Assembly (NCBI GenBank): GCA_903813345.2
Contig: CAIIXF020000001.1
Span: 45,632,001 to 45,696,000 of the forward strand
Origin: Owenia fusiformis
Taxonomy: Eukaryota
Reading direction: 5' to 3'
DNA: 64,000 nucleotides
Shown: positions 40,928-54,218 of the stretch, one piece after another
Layout of the letters: every line of letters begins with the position of its first letter
Position numbering within the stretch: the first letter of the stretch is position 1
Made by a program: the position numbers and the translations under genes
Notes under the pieces: generated by a model
Databases searched by the model: none
The model's input: only the letters and a program-made list of their open reading frames with translations
Told to the model about the DNA's origin: nothing

Positions 40928-43631
40928 TTAATGGATCTGGATTCCGAGGTTTGCTTATGGTTACATTTTTAAACTTACTTTCCATAAAACTTCTAGCTGT
41001 CACGTCGACATGCATAATATGAAATATGGAGTGGTTCGAATTTATAGTTTCTCATGTGTAACAGGTCAGTTCAGTAAAACATACATTTCACATAGAACCA
41101 CCCTCCAACCCTCATATGAACTAAGTAGAGAAGCGAATTTTACCCCTTGGTGATGAAAGGGTTAATTTTTCAACTTTGTAACCAGCAACCCTCCATGCAA
41201 AAGTAGACTAGATCTTTAGAGTTCACACTCTGGCCTTTCTAATGCATGGTTTATATTTGAATTTTTGAACAAACAGCGGCATTCTTTTCTAACACATGAA
41301 TTTCGGGTTCGCTTCCAACAGTTTACATTCTTCAGTTTTTGATTTTATAATCAGTAATGAGAGGCCAAGTAACTAAGACAAATATTCATAATGTATTTTA
41401 TTAGATAATACTTTTATATACATGGTAATACATTACTCATACAATGGTGATAATTCATTATATACAATTTATACAATTGTAATTAAAAACTTTTTTATCA
41501 GCAAGGCTGGTTATCGCAATATACATTGTACACGCCTCTTCCTAGCGACAGGTTTACGAAGAGTCCGGTAAATGAATGATAGCTATTGGATAGACTAGAA
41601 ATACGGCAACATGGTTTGCATCACTCTAAATAAATATTTTTGGAAGAAATGGTATCAAAAGAGCTTAGTAAACGACACTGCCATCTTTCTATATAACCCA
41701 GAGCATAGTATAAAATTGAGTATACGGTCAAGTCAAGTAACTTAGTCAACATTCGATATTCGTATGTTCATCAATATTTACTAAGAATGGTGCCACAACT
41801 GAAGTAAACTTCTGGATAATTATTTTCAATAAACCTATCAGCAAACGTGTAAATGATAATTTTGATGTTCTGTTACATATTGGTGAAGCAATCTTGGGGA
41901 AATGGCCTAAATTTCTGATTTTCCACTGTGTCCCTGTATACCCCTACTTCAAAAGATGTATGTTATTTGTCGTTTTTAGTATGAACCAACCATAAATGTA
42001 TGTTTTCTTGTTTACATACAGAATGAACTTTCTGTTTTCAAATATCGAAAGATGGTACTGCATTTATTTGTTAATGATATGGAGCAAACAAATGCGTGTC
42101 AATTTACACTGTAATATCCTACATACTTATATTTCAAGGGTAGTTTTGAAGAACAATCCAGAAAATCCATGTTTTCAAATGGATTCATCCTTGTCAAAGA
42201 ACGTAAATGAGGATATGCGGTTTGAAAAACTAACAACATGTTTCAAGTTCTTACAATTCTTGGTTGAAACAAATATTTTGAAAGTTGTGATTTCGAATGT
42301 AATATCCTACTCAATGAAATTTGTTGATATTTGTGAATTTTTTCTTTCGGAATGCACATTGCTGGATCACAGAAACTTGCCTTGTTCGCGATGCACGAAA
42401 CGTGTATTGTTATTCTTGACGTCGTTCGGATATTTGGATGTGATTGACGTTTCGTTAATCTCCTACCACTGTAACTTCCAACTTAATTTTTGAAAGCCAA
42501 ATATTATAGTCACGAATTGATATTTAAGTCACACGTTGATTGCATACATCATGTGTGTACATTAACTGTCGAATACATGCCGCTTTACATTTATATAAAT
42601 ATCCACAGTTAACTCAAATCATCAATTCTCGAAACGGTTTATCATATTACCGGCCTGGTGAGTTTAATGTTACATTTTAATTTATAATTATGGTATCGGA
42701 TTTGAGTATGATATTAGTCGAGGCTTAAACAAAGCAATAAAATTGCGTGAAACCTTTTGTGAAAATTCGAACGATTTTTCAAGAATCCTCCTTCAAAGTG
42801 TTACCAAAGTGCTCCCCGGGAGTGGAAATTTCGTCTTGTGTAATCAAAATAATAGCGGGTGGTTTGAATTTTTGTTTGAGTTTAGAGCTTACATCTATAA
42901 ATTTAAAAACATATCGCCTCATTGAGAGGTACATGCAGATTTTGGCGATCTATCATTATAAAAGGCTAAATATTGTGCAAAAACAGGAGTTGACACGCTT
43001 ACATTTGGAAATGAAATTTCCTACATAATTGCCGACTCATGTTTAAAAGTCATGAAAACAAGGTTGAACACAAAACATTGACCCAGTTGCTGTCTATTTA
43101 GCATGGGATCACCAAGGGAAATATTATTAATGGCTTAAATCGTTAACGGTTAAGTTGTATTCCAAGAAACTTATTAATTTAGTAATGCAAAATGTTCAAT
43201 TTTGTTTTTCAATTATAAAAAATCGCACCTGTAGAGAACAACGTTTACAAAATTATTTAAAACGGAGATATTTACTTATGTAACATTCATTGGCATGTGT
43301 CAAGGAGTAAATAAGAAGAATATGCCTTTCATTCTATATCTTGTTCCCAAAGGAGTTTGTTAAGGAGCGGTATATCCTAACGTACTTTTATCATCCCGAA
43401 CTCAAACATTTCGAATACTTATTTTGAGAACGCTTTGTTAAGAATGGATTCGAGATGTACTCAAAATTAATACGTTAAAATGTGTATTATCATCTTAATA
43501 ACTACCTCATAAATTATATTGGAAATCAAAGATGTACGATTTTTAAGATTTTAATTTTCGCATGTTGACTTAGTTACTTGGCTTGACTGATAAAGGAAAA
43601 AAATAGTCAAGAGTATATCATTTATAATGCT

Positions 43632-44428
43632 CTAAACAGTGATGGCAATAGCGTTAAAAGGCTTTGTGAGGTGTCTATAGAACATGACAATGATCTTAGC
43701 CAAACAGCAGACACAGGCGACTCCAATCAATACAGCATTAAATATAGAGTTCCTTAACTCGGGGTTCCAGTTCCTGCTATGAACGCCAGAGAGCGCAACT
43801 ATACACACGATGTATGGGCTAAACAGGTACCTGGTGAACCTATCTAGAACAGTCATGTCCAATGTAAAGTAAACAACTATCTCTGCAGTAACTATACTTA
43901 ATGATATCGTAGATGCGATACTGTTTTCAACATTTGCCTTGTATATCAAAACGGATGTAAAGTTTAAAAGAGTGGCGAGAGTTGTCCATGTTGCATAGAA
44001 AGCCATGCCATTTTGAACGGTAAATCTGGTCAGCCAAATGTCCACTGCATTTCCAGATTTTGATAGATAATCGGAACTTTTGTTGACTCCCCAGATTGAG
44101 ATACCGATGCAGATATAAAGTGTGAACGGCATCAACGCAATCACGCATAGAGAAACTATTATCATCTCCCTGTCCCAGAGTATCAACCAGGATACATTTA
44201 ATGCCATGTTCAAGATCCAGACTCCGTACATAGCCGGGGGCATGTGCCCGGGAGAGACGTATAGGTAGCCGCTAGCACTCTTCCTGCAAACTGTAGTCCA
44301 CGCATAGACGATCCAAATGGCCTGCCATAAATAAATTGCGCCCCAAATTGAAAATGTCCATCCAGCCGGAACTATTTGATGTTGATATTTATTTGATATC
44401 CCCCCGGTCGTGTTGAGAAAAACACCTC
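43632..44428 (-). CDS. Multipass membrane protein (TspO/MBR-like, uncharacterised family), coding exon 2
   Basis: tttcag|..GVFLNTTGGISNKY..PAGWTFSIWGAIYLWQ..LNVSWLILWD..QNGMAFYATWTTLATLLN..; about 7 hydrophobic segments; total 308 aa with exon 1. Confidence 0.9.
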
Positions 44429-44846
44429 CTGAAATTTTAAAATAAAAAATTAGAATTTTAGAATGAGCAAAAACCAACTGTTGGTCGTAAACAATAGTCT
44501 TGCTTCAAGACCCTCGACTATCCACTCTTGTTCCTATACGTGAACAGACTGACAGATGGGGCAGCAAATATATTACAACTTGCGTGTTATTAGAATAGCT
44601 AGGTTGAGGAAGTACTATTTAATGGCAATAAGTGACTCTATGCTAGACCATAGGATCAATGAGTTGATGAGTGTTAAGTTCTAGAGTTCGTGATATCACT
44701 CTGGACATCACACTTTTGATTTTTAAAATTAATATCTATGCATAATTTTGATGGGAATTATACGAGTAACGGTGTATTTTTAAAATATATTTGTTGCACT
44801 TTGGTAAATAATTAGCAAAATATTAGATAAATACAAAGCTACATCA

Positions 44847-45342
44847 CCCCGGAGTAGCCTGACAACGGTAAAGTCAGATACATACATGACCGTCGCTTCA
44901 ATTCTTCAATCACTTGGTCCTCGTACGGGACTTTATCGTCGCTAATTTTGTGCGTGTATTAAGCTCTTGTGATAATGTATCATATGAAATCCCAATTTCG
45001 ATCAAATTGGGTCGTGAATCGCCACAATATAGCGTCTTCGATATCAGTCGTCAATGACAACGGAATCTGAATTTGGGACAACGGTATATGGTAAATTATT
45101 TAAAATTCAGATTCCGGTGTCATTGGCGATATCGAAGACGCTATATTGTGGCGATTCACGACTCAATTTGATCGAAATTGGGATTTCATATGATTACATC
45201 ATCACAATAGCATGCACAAAATTAGCTACGATAAAGTCCCATGAAATGAGGACCAAGTAATTGAAGAGTTAAAGCGACGGTTATGTTCGCCATTTCTTGT
45301 GACAACGGTATCTGACTTTACCGTTGTCAGGCTATTCCGGTG
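44847..45342. mobile_element. Foldback MITE (~230-bp arms, ~27-bp loop) in the membrane-protein intron
   Basis: CCGGAGTAGCCTGACAACGGTAAAGTCAGATAC...GTATCTGACTTTACCGTTGTCAGGCTATTCCGG; arms pair inward to 45074/45102. Confidence 0.85.
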
Positions 45343-45677
45343 TGTACATGGACAATTTTATTTTACTAAAATCAACTTTATTTATTAAACTTCCCAGTGT
45401 GCAAAAATCCGATTGTTCAGTTTGGGGGATGGTCAAAATATTTTCTAGCTTAACGTATTAACAATAGAGTTGGTGACACCATTATTTTGTTTGATTATGA
45501 TTCTAATCCCAAAATTATGCCCTTGTCATCCTATATCAAGAGTTTGCTCGAGCTATTTGCAAGTCCGTACAGAATATCATCCGAGTAGCGCACATGGACA
45601 TCGTAGTTTAATACAAAAGTCAAACACAAATATTGATAACGACAATGGTAAAACAAATAAACCTGAAATAACCCTAC

Positions 45678-45807
45678 CTAATCCTTGTCCTGCCGCACTA
45701 AGGTAGTTGAAGAAGAGCGTATTGGCGAAAAACAACGTAGAGAGCACAATGAGGATGATTCTTCCTGGGCTATGTTTGAACCCTTGCATTCCATCAATTC
45801 CTTCCAT
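45678..45807 (-). CDS. Multipass membrane protein (TspO/MBR-like, uncharacterised family), coding exon 1
   Basis: MEGIDGMQGFKHSPGRIILIVLSTLFFANTLFFNYLSAAGQGL(G)|gtaggg; 130 bp, phase 1, joins exon 2 in frame; acceptor tttcag 1 nt before the ATG implies an upstream non-coding exon. Confidence 0.8.
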
Positions 45808-48728
45808 ACTGAAAGTAGCTGCAAATTAAGAAAACGATTACGATATGAGTGACAGTACAGTCATTGTTGTATCTTGTATATTCGTTCTAGTTCCTAGAGA
45901 TAAACTCAACAGCTGCAAAACTTAGAAAAATACCAAGCAGAAGTGAAGACTGTATGTTTTTATTATGGCTGGGTGTAAACCAATCTTTTCAAATCTGTTT
46001 GTTTCGACCTTTCACTGTAGCTCTTTCTCTCGATTTTCTGCAAAGGATCTTCTATCAACAAAACGGGACTTTTCAATCATACGAAAAGAACAAAGCTAGT
46101 ACTGATCTACGGCAACCGTACGATGGCAGTACCTTCCCAAAATTGATGGTGTAAATATGCAGCATAAAATATGCTGAAAACGTGAAGCTACGGCCGCCGT
46201 AGAACAAATGTGACAGAGGCTTAAGTCTCCAGTTGTCCCCAACATTTATAAATATTAATGATGAAAGTACTTTTACATATATTACGTATATATATTCAGT
46301 TAAATGTCGGTTGAAACAACAATTGTACGTTAACTGACGAAAAGGGGTGTCGTATATATAACATTACGCATAGAATAACTACAGAGTTATATTTAAACTA
46401 ACCTGATATGCTTGCTTTCTCTGAAACAGGTCTGTTGATCCAGTCGTAAAGCCTAAGTAAATCTGAGCGCTAAGTAAATGTTTAAAATATATATAAACGT
46501 TTTTTGAATTATATAATCGATCAGTCACGATTTGGTCCACGTTGTTTATTAGCGGTATGTCTAATGTAGTGATCAACTGATTTGATTTCCCAAAGAATTT
46601 AATTAAATATGACAGGGCATGTGTACAACAACGTGAGCTGTAAGTGTTATTACATTGATATCAACAGTTTATTGGGCGAGGTGCTTTGAGAATGCTCGAG
46701 TATTGGGATATATAACCTTCTTATCTTCTGGTTTATCGTTTGTCTGTTTACATTGTCAACTTTTGTATTTTATTGATAATAGGTACATCCTTTTGAACCT
46801 ATTGAAGTTACAAAACACATTTTTATGATTACATATATCGTTTTTTATTTGTTTTGTTTTAAGTGCATTTTAAGTACAAACTATAACTAGCTGACTTTCG
46901 TGAGCAACCATTCAGGTACATTTTGGGAATCGGTTGACAATCGTTGCGGGAACTTCAAATGCCTGAAAAAAGACGTATACACGTTCATAAATATTTTAAA
47001 AGATGAGGATTTCAACCATAAATGTAGGCCATTTGAGGCATATTGCCCATAGAAATCCTATTGAAACATCGGTTTGTTAAACTTTTAGACTTTTCTGCTA
47101 ATCATTTCGAATTCCTAGCTGGCCATAGATAAATCCAATCTTGCACCAATCAGTACCAACAAAGAAAACAATGAGTTGCTGAATTAAGGATATGAAGTTT
47201 AAAGGGGTTAGTACAGACTACATTCTAGAAAATATATCGTCCAACCCCTGAAGAGGAAACTGACAAAATGTCGAAACCTCGATGGCATATTTCACGAGTT
47301 GTAGGCACTTATAAACTCCAAGAAATTTTTACCACAAACGTTTGTCAGTGAGCGGTGAAAGTACAGTCCCAAAGAATACATCAAGCTCTTTGAAATGGGC
47401 GAGGAGCGGCACACCTCCACCCAGGACCGTGAGAAGAAGTGGCAGCTCCTACACATGAGGGGATAATTAGCACCGGGATAATTAGCAACCCTGGCAGAGC
47501 GTGCAAAGCTCCGACGAGAACGCTGTCGTCAGAGAATAAAGTCTTCATCGCCACCAGTGATGGGGACATCCGGGTATTATTTCGTAAACGGAATCGGGTT
47601 AAGTGCAGATCTTAATGACCGTTTTTGAAGTTCCGTTTACGTAACAAAAGTGAGATGGTGTATTATATCGATGATTCTGTCGTCTTCTGAACTATTTGTT
47701 CGCAAACGTTACATTTGCGATAAAAATGTCTTGGAAATTCTGCTTACAACGTGTAAAATAAAGAAAAATTGTAACTTCGAGGTTCCTACTTTGAAGAGTG
47801 TTGTACCATGGGCTTTCATCTAGTTGAAAGCCCATGGTTGTACCAGTGTAGATGTCTATACAATTATTTTCAGACATTATTTGAGGTTATAAACAGAGTA
47901 AACAAATTTGCTTTGGCACGTTTGAAAATCACTGTGCTTTAAACATTTTGCATTTATTCATGGCACTTTAAAGGCAATTGAGCAGATCGTTGTTCCCTCT
48001 TCAAAAGAAGAGACGCGAAAACCTTTCCTTATAAGGTCAAAATATTTCCCATGGTGCAGTTCGCGGAGTAAAGTTCGTATTATCTCTGCAATGTGGATTA
48101 TGACCCAAGTAAGTGTGTTTGCATGTTGATGTGCATATTGTTCACGGCGACTATCCAGGCCCTGTATATCGCAAGCAAGTTCCCGGCCGCTGACATCGGC
48201 GAGCAATGAGCTCATGTTTAGAAGCGGGGCTTTGAGAGATATGAAAAATATAGTTACAGTTGAAGAACGTCGTCGCCCTGCAATTGAAATACCCATTGTA
48301 CTGTGAAATAAAGTTATACTGAGTTTCACTTACTAAAGTTTCATAGAAAATTTATATTTCCGTTTTATCATATCTCTCAAGGCTACGCTTCTAACATGAG
48401 CTTATTTCTCGCGATGTCAGCTGGGCCTCAATAGCCCCGGTGATTGTTGGACTTTGTCAAACATTTAGCCACTGCACGGGTAATATCCAAAGCCCCGATA
48501 TGAGTTCGCGATCAAGTTCTCGCTGAAATCGCGAGCATTGTCCTATTTGTACCACTTTGGAAAATGGACCAAAAGGATGAAAATACTTATAACTGTTCTT
48601 TGATACCCCAGCAATACTTTAAAAACAGATATATTTGACAAACAATGACATCATGACAATTGATTATTTTTCACTGTCTTGGAGGAAAAGGGCGTCAACA
48701 TGCACGTTTGTGTAATATACTGCTCACA

Positions 48729-49321
48729 CAGGGTGGGCCAAAAAACGCCACTTTTTTCAAAATGCTATAACTTTTTTTTAATTTTTGATAAAAATCATAA
48801 TTTGCATACCAAATGAAACTTGAAGTTGTTATCTAGCCATGGATCATGAATTGCAAACTTTTACTTGAATAAAATATGTCACCAGCGTCTCACTTAAACA
48901 TGTGGTGTGCCATGAGAAATAAGCATATTTTGCTTGAACTGATATGGCCTGAGCCCTGAGGCAAACCCCAGTGAGTATAGGGTATGGGAAGGTCTCCAGG
49001 AGATTGTATGAAGGCACCTAATCGAGAAAATTGCTCAACTAAAGCATGCAATTAAGACAGGTTGAAAAAAAACTTACCCAACATTTCATGGATACTGCTA
49101 TATCAGCAAGGCGACTAAAACTAAAATATATCATCAATTAGGGTGGCGGACCAATTGAACTCCCCTTTTAGATCAAATATAATCCAAGTTGAAGGACTTG
49201 TTACATTATATTATTACTAAGAACCCCTGGCACTATATAACTGCAAAATTTGGGGTATGTTGGTTGGAAAATAAAAAAGTTGTAGTGTCTTGAAAAAAGT
49301 GGCGTTTTTTGGCCCACCCTG
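48729..49321 (+). mobile_element. Tc1/IS630-family deletion derivative with transposase C-terminal remnant
   Basis: TIRs CAGGGTGGGCCAAAAAACGCCACTTTTTTCAA; right flank TA (left CA); remnant WP..SPEANPSEYRVWEGLQEIV at ~48945-49010 resembles the WPxxSPDLNPxE/D motif. Confidence 0.85.
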
Positions 49322-49340
49322 TATATTACTTTTAGCGTTA

Positions 49341-52300
49341 TAGACCGGGTGCTTTTCTGCAAAAGGTCTCTCTGTAAAATGTGGTAGGCGTTTAGTGTTA
49401 AAAGTGTTCTGACAAGTGTTTCTTATGTAACTTTTTATGCGGAATTCAAAAAACCATGTTGGCAAGCTGAAATATGATTATTTAATCCTTAAAATACCAT
49501 GTTAGTCCCCCTACCCCCAAATTTCACCCCTATCAGGGGGAAAAAATTCTTCAACCTAAAATAACTTTGATTTTATGGTTTTTGTAAGTGAAATACATGG
49601 ACATTGTATAAATTAAACATTTGAAGTATGAATGATATGGATTACCCTTAAGAAATTTGAATAAAAGCAAAAAGTATGTACCCCAGGGGGCAAATTTATG
49701 ACCCATTTTTTACTTTTCGTGTTATAACTTTTTTATTAGACAATGATGGATGCTTAAAAAAATCCATGTAAAAGGCATAATACCTGGTCTACTAATCCTG
49801 CAAGAATCAAAGTAATTCATTCGATAATTGCCTCGAAAAAAATTAGTGAATTTAAGAAAAAATGACATTTTAGCTGGGACTGATTTTATGCGTGACTATA
49901 ACTGACCTCTATTGCTTTAACATTCATCCCTCTGTGTTCATATATTTAGCATTTTGGAATAAATCTAAAATATAAAACTTATTTTAGCAAAGTTTTAGGA
50001 AGATTTAAGCTTTTTATCATGTTCAACTATTAAAAATTCATGAAATATGATGTCTAAAATTGATAAGTTATACGCATACCCTTGGAAGACCCTTATAATT
50101 TCTTATTTATGAACATATTTGTACCAATATTAGTTTTCTAGCTTAGACAAATGATGTATGATATATCCTGGCTTGGCTTTCTGGTGGTTTGAACAATCTT
50201 TTAAGTGTTATCATTGAAAATTCATTCTTAAATCATAGGTCTGCAATCGATTAAATTCATGTATACCATTAGTATCATTCTACTGGTATGAGCATAATTG
50301 AACTAGCTATGATTTCATAGATTAGTTGTTTGATGTATGACATATTCCAAGCTGACTTTCTGGTGATTTCAATCATCTAAGAGGCTTAATCATTGAAAAC
50401 CATTACAAATAAAGGCCTAAACGGACAGTATTAAGGTAGACTATTAGAACACCCTTAATTCCAGGCTTAGAGTACATTGGTACCTACTACTGTCTCATAG
50501 CTCGGAGGTTTGATATATGACATATTCTGACTAGTTTTCTACAGGTTTGAACCACCTAACAGGTCTAATCATTGAATATACTTAATATACTAGGTCTAAA
50601 ATTGAAGTATTCAATAGAACCCTCTATGATAAATTCAAAAAAGATTCAGAATGACATTAACCTTAACACTGGATCTGAATCAGAATTACAATTCTTCATA
50701 GAGCTGAACTAGGAAGACAAGGCTAATTTCATTCTAAGCAGCCTGACAATTGCATGACGTGAGAGCAAAAGTACCAATGATTCATACAAATCTTCATTTT
50801 AATGGAGTTTTCTTCCCTGTACAATGTTTAGTCATATTTAAAAATCCCCCCCCCCCCCTGTCCCCATTAACCTTTCTGTGTTACTCTTGGGGTTGAGGCA
50901 GAAATTCTTGACAAATGGCGTATACTCACTTTGACAACATTTTGAATTAGTGGGATGTTTCAGTTAATGAGAGTTTTTGCAGAGTAGCAATTTTTTGGCA
51001 ATTTAAATCCAATAGGACCATATATGGGAAATTCAAAAAAGATTCAGAATGACATTAACGTCAACATTGGATCTGGAAATCAAATAAAGCAACTGATTGA
51101 TGTGATCTCGGATGACTCTTGTAAATCAGAATTACAATCCTTCATAGAGCTGAACAAGGAAGACAAGGATTACTTTTCATTCTGGTAGTAATACATGGAC
51201 ATGGTCCAAATCTTGATACGCTTCACCATAGCCCAAAGAAAGGGAAATTGAGAGCTTCATCTCAATGTATTTCAATGCATGAATCCTTTTTCCATGAGAT
51301 ATGACCACCAAAAGTATGCAAGATGGGGCACAGTACACTTCACTGCTGAAGTTTTGCTTCCTTGAAGACTGTAGCCAAATCCTAAGGTGTAGATGCAATT
51401 GATGCTAATTTGTAAGAAGGATCATACATTGGAAATATTACGGTTGGCATTCCAATGCCATTTGTTAAACAGTTAAGGAGTAGAGTACATTTGAGTTGGC
51501 TTGAATGTTTCATTCGTCAATGAGGGCTATTGGAAAAGACATCAGCTCATGTTTCATGATTTCATTGATGCCCACAGGTCTGTGGTTAGCTTCATATGTA
51601 GTGATAAGATTCTGCAAAACATTCCTGTCTGCCTTAACAACTTTCTGCTCGTTTATATTGGGATTAGGCATATAGTTTAAAAATGTTGGTGCTTGCTCAG
51701 TAGATCAAGAAATGTTGTGTCTTTCATCTGACCCTGTTGGTATCAACCTCTAAGACACAAAGACATCCAGTTGTTGTCGAGCTGTCGAGCCTGTTGATTG
51801 TTTCTGTGAGTACATCTTTTGTACATATACTTTGGAGATTAAGTAATGGATCTTCTGAAAACATGCCAAACTTCAGCAGCATGTCACATATTTTAACTTC
51901 TTCCATAGATTCTTGTTTTGATTTGCAAATTACCACCCCCCCCCCTCTATGGAATCTCAAAACGCAAGTCCAAACATCATTCTTGTTTGGACTCCCCATA
52001 TGTGATCTAAGATTATACCCCGGTGCCCATCTGTTCAATGCAGATATTGTCTTTGTGTTATGCCTACAATTCTGCCACCCTTCTAACCAATAGCATACTG
52101 GCATAGGGGTCAATCAACTTGGTTGATTGAATTTGTAGAGCCTTTTACCACATAGTTCAATGCAAGAATCCTCGCTGAACTGCAGCAGGTACTATATTCT
52201 AATAGTTAGTGCATTTCCTCTAAGTTTACTGTGCCACACCTTCCATAATTTTGGTGGTCATGAAATAAGGGATCATGCATTGAAATGCATTGAGATGAAG

Positions 52301-54218
52301 CTCCTAATTTCCCTTTCTTTGGGCTTGGATGAAGTATAGCAAGATTTGGACCATATTCAGCTCTATGAAGGATTTAATTCTTATTCAGATCTAATGTTGA
52401 GGTTAATGTCATTTTGAATCTTTTTTGAATTTTCATAGAGGGTTCTATTGAATACTTCAATTTTAGACCTAGTATATGGAGTATAATCAATGATTAGACC
52501 TGTCATTGGTTCAAATCTGCAGAAAAACTAGTCAGGATATATCATATATTAAATCCCCGAGCTATGAAACAGTAGTAGGTACCAATAAACTCTAAGCCTG
52601 GAAATAATAAGGGTATTCTAATAGTTTACCTTAATACTGTCTGTTTAGACCTTTATTTGTAATGATTTTCAATGATTAAGCCTCTTTTTAGATGGTTTAA
52701 ATAAACAGAGAGTCAGCTCGGAATATGTCATACATCAAACTAATCTATGAAATCATAGCTTGTTCAAGTTGATTATTTTGGTCAATCTTGCATATTTTGC
52801 TTTAATATTTCAGAATTATTTACTTCATTTAATGTGAATTTTGTTGTGAACATTTAATGATAATCTGCTTATAAAGTAAAAAACTACAGCATTTTACAAC
52901 ACATGCCCCATGTGGCCATCACCCCAGCCAACGAAGCTGTTGATGACTCTCTTGCACATACCAGCATGAATTGCAAAGCTTCTGATGAAGCTATCCACTT
53001 AAAATTGAAGAACATCTGAGAATTTGTCTGACACTAGTTTTACTTCTCTAGATAGATTTTAGTCACGCCATGGATAATTGAACAATTGAACAACTTCCTT
53101 TGCCAGATTTGATTGTGCATGTAGAGGAGAAGTGGCCACATTGGACATATGTTGTAAAGTGCTGTAGTTTTTGACTCCACAGGCAGATTATCATGAAACT
53201 TTCACAACAAAATTCATATTGAATGAACTGAATAATTCTGAAGTTTTGAGGCAGAATATGCAGGATTGACAAAGTTAATTAACTTTTCTTCGGTCCTGTT
53301 TTTGGACACCCTGTACCAGTAGAATGATACTAGGCTAATGGTATACTTGAATTTAATCGATTGCAGACCTATGATTTAAGAATGAATTTTCAATGATAAC
53401 AGGATATATCATACATTATTTGTCTAAGCTAGAAAACTAATATTGGTACAAATATGTTCATAAATAAGAAATTATAGGAGTCTTCCGAGGGTATACCTAT
53501 AACTTATCAATTTTAGACATCATATTTCATGAATTTTTAACATTTGAACATGCTAGAAAGCTTAAATCTTCCTAAAACTTAGCTAAAATAAGTTTTATAT
53601 TTTAGATTTATTCTAAAATGCCAAATATATGAACACAGAGGGATAAATGTTAAAGCAATAGGGGTCAGTTATAGTCACACATAAAATCAGTCCCAGCTAA
53701 AATGTCATTTTTTCTTAAATTCACAATTTTTTTTCGAGGCAATTATCAAAGGAATTACTTTGATTCTTGCAGGATTAGTAGACCAGGTATTAAGCCTTTT
53801 ACATGGATTTTTTTAGCATCCATCATTGTCTAATAAAAAAGTTATGACACGAAAAGTAAAAAATGGGTCATAAATTTGCCCCCTGGGGTACATACTTTTT
53901 GCTTTTATTCAAATTTCTTAAAATTAATCCGTATCATTCATACTTTAAATGTTTATTTTATACAATGTCCATGTATTTCACTTACAAAAACCATTAAATC
54001 AAAGTTATTTTAGGTTGAAGAATTTTTTCCCCCTGATAGGGGTGAATTGGGGAGTAGGGGGACTAACATGGTATGTTAAGGGTTAAATAATCATATTTCA
54101 GCTTGCCAACATGGTTTTTTGGATTCAGCATAAAAAGTTACTTAAGAAACACTTGTCAGAACACTTTTAACACTAAACGCCTACCACATTTCCTCTAGAT
54201 GAAAATGCACCTTGTCTA
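49341..54218. mobile_element. 4.9-kb foldback DNA transposon with ~2-kb inverted arms (Academ-like, tentative)
   Basis: TTA|TAGAC...GTCTA|TTA (3-bp TSD); 49341-~51340 is the reverse complement, with indels, of ~52220-54218; decayed coding-like fragment in the spacer. Confidence 0.85.
52767..53313. mobile_element. Tc1/mariner-like MITE nested in the right arm of the foldback; left tip deleted
   Basis: Right end TTTTGGACACCCTG|TA; ~150-bp imperfect inverted repeats (52767-52918 vs 53131-53285); absent from the left arm. Confidence 0.75.

Noticed and set aside
41996..42493. 165-aa + strand ORF
   Set aside because: AT-rich composition, no motif or convincing splice context; the minus-strand frames are also interrupted.
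47245..47310. Possible Penelope-type hammerhead ribozyme (CTGAAGAG...CGAAAC)
   Set aside because: Stem II pairs poorly and the U16.1/cleavage triplet is not conserved; would need an Infernal search to rescue.
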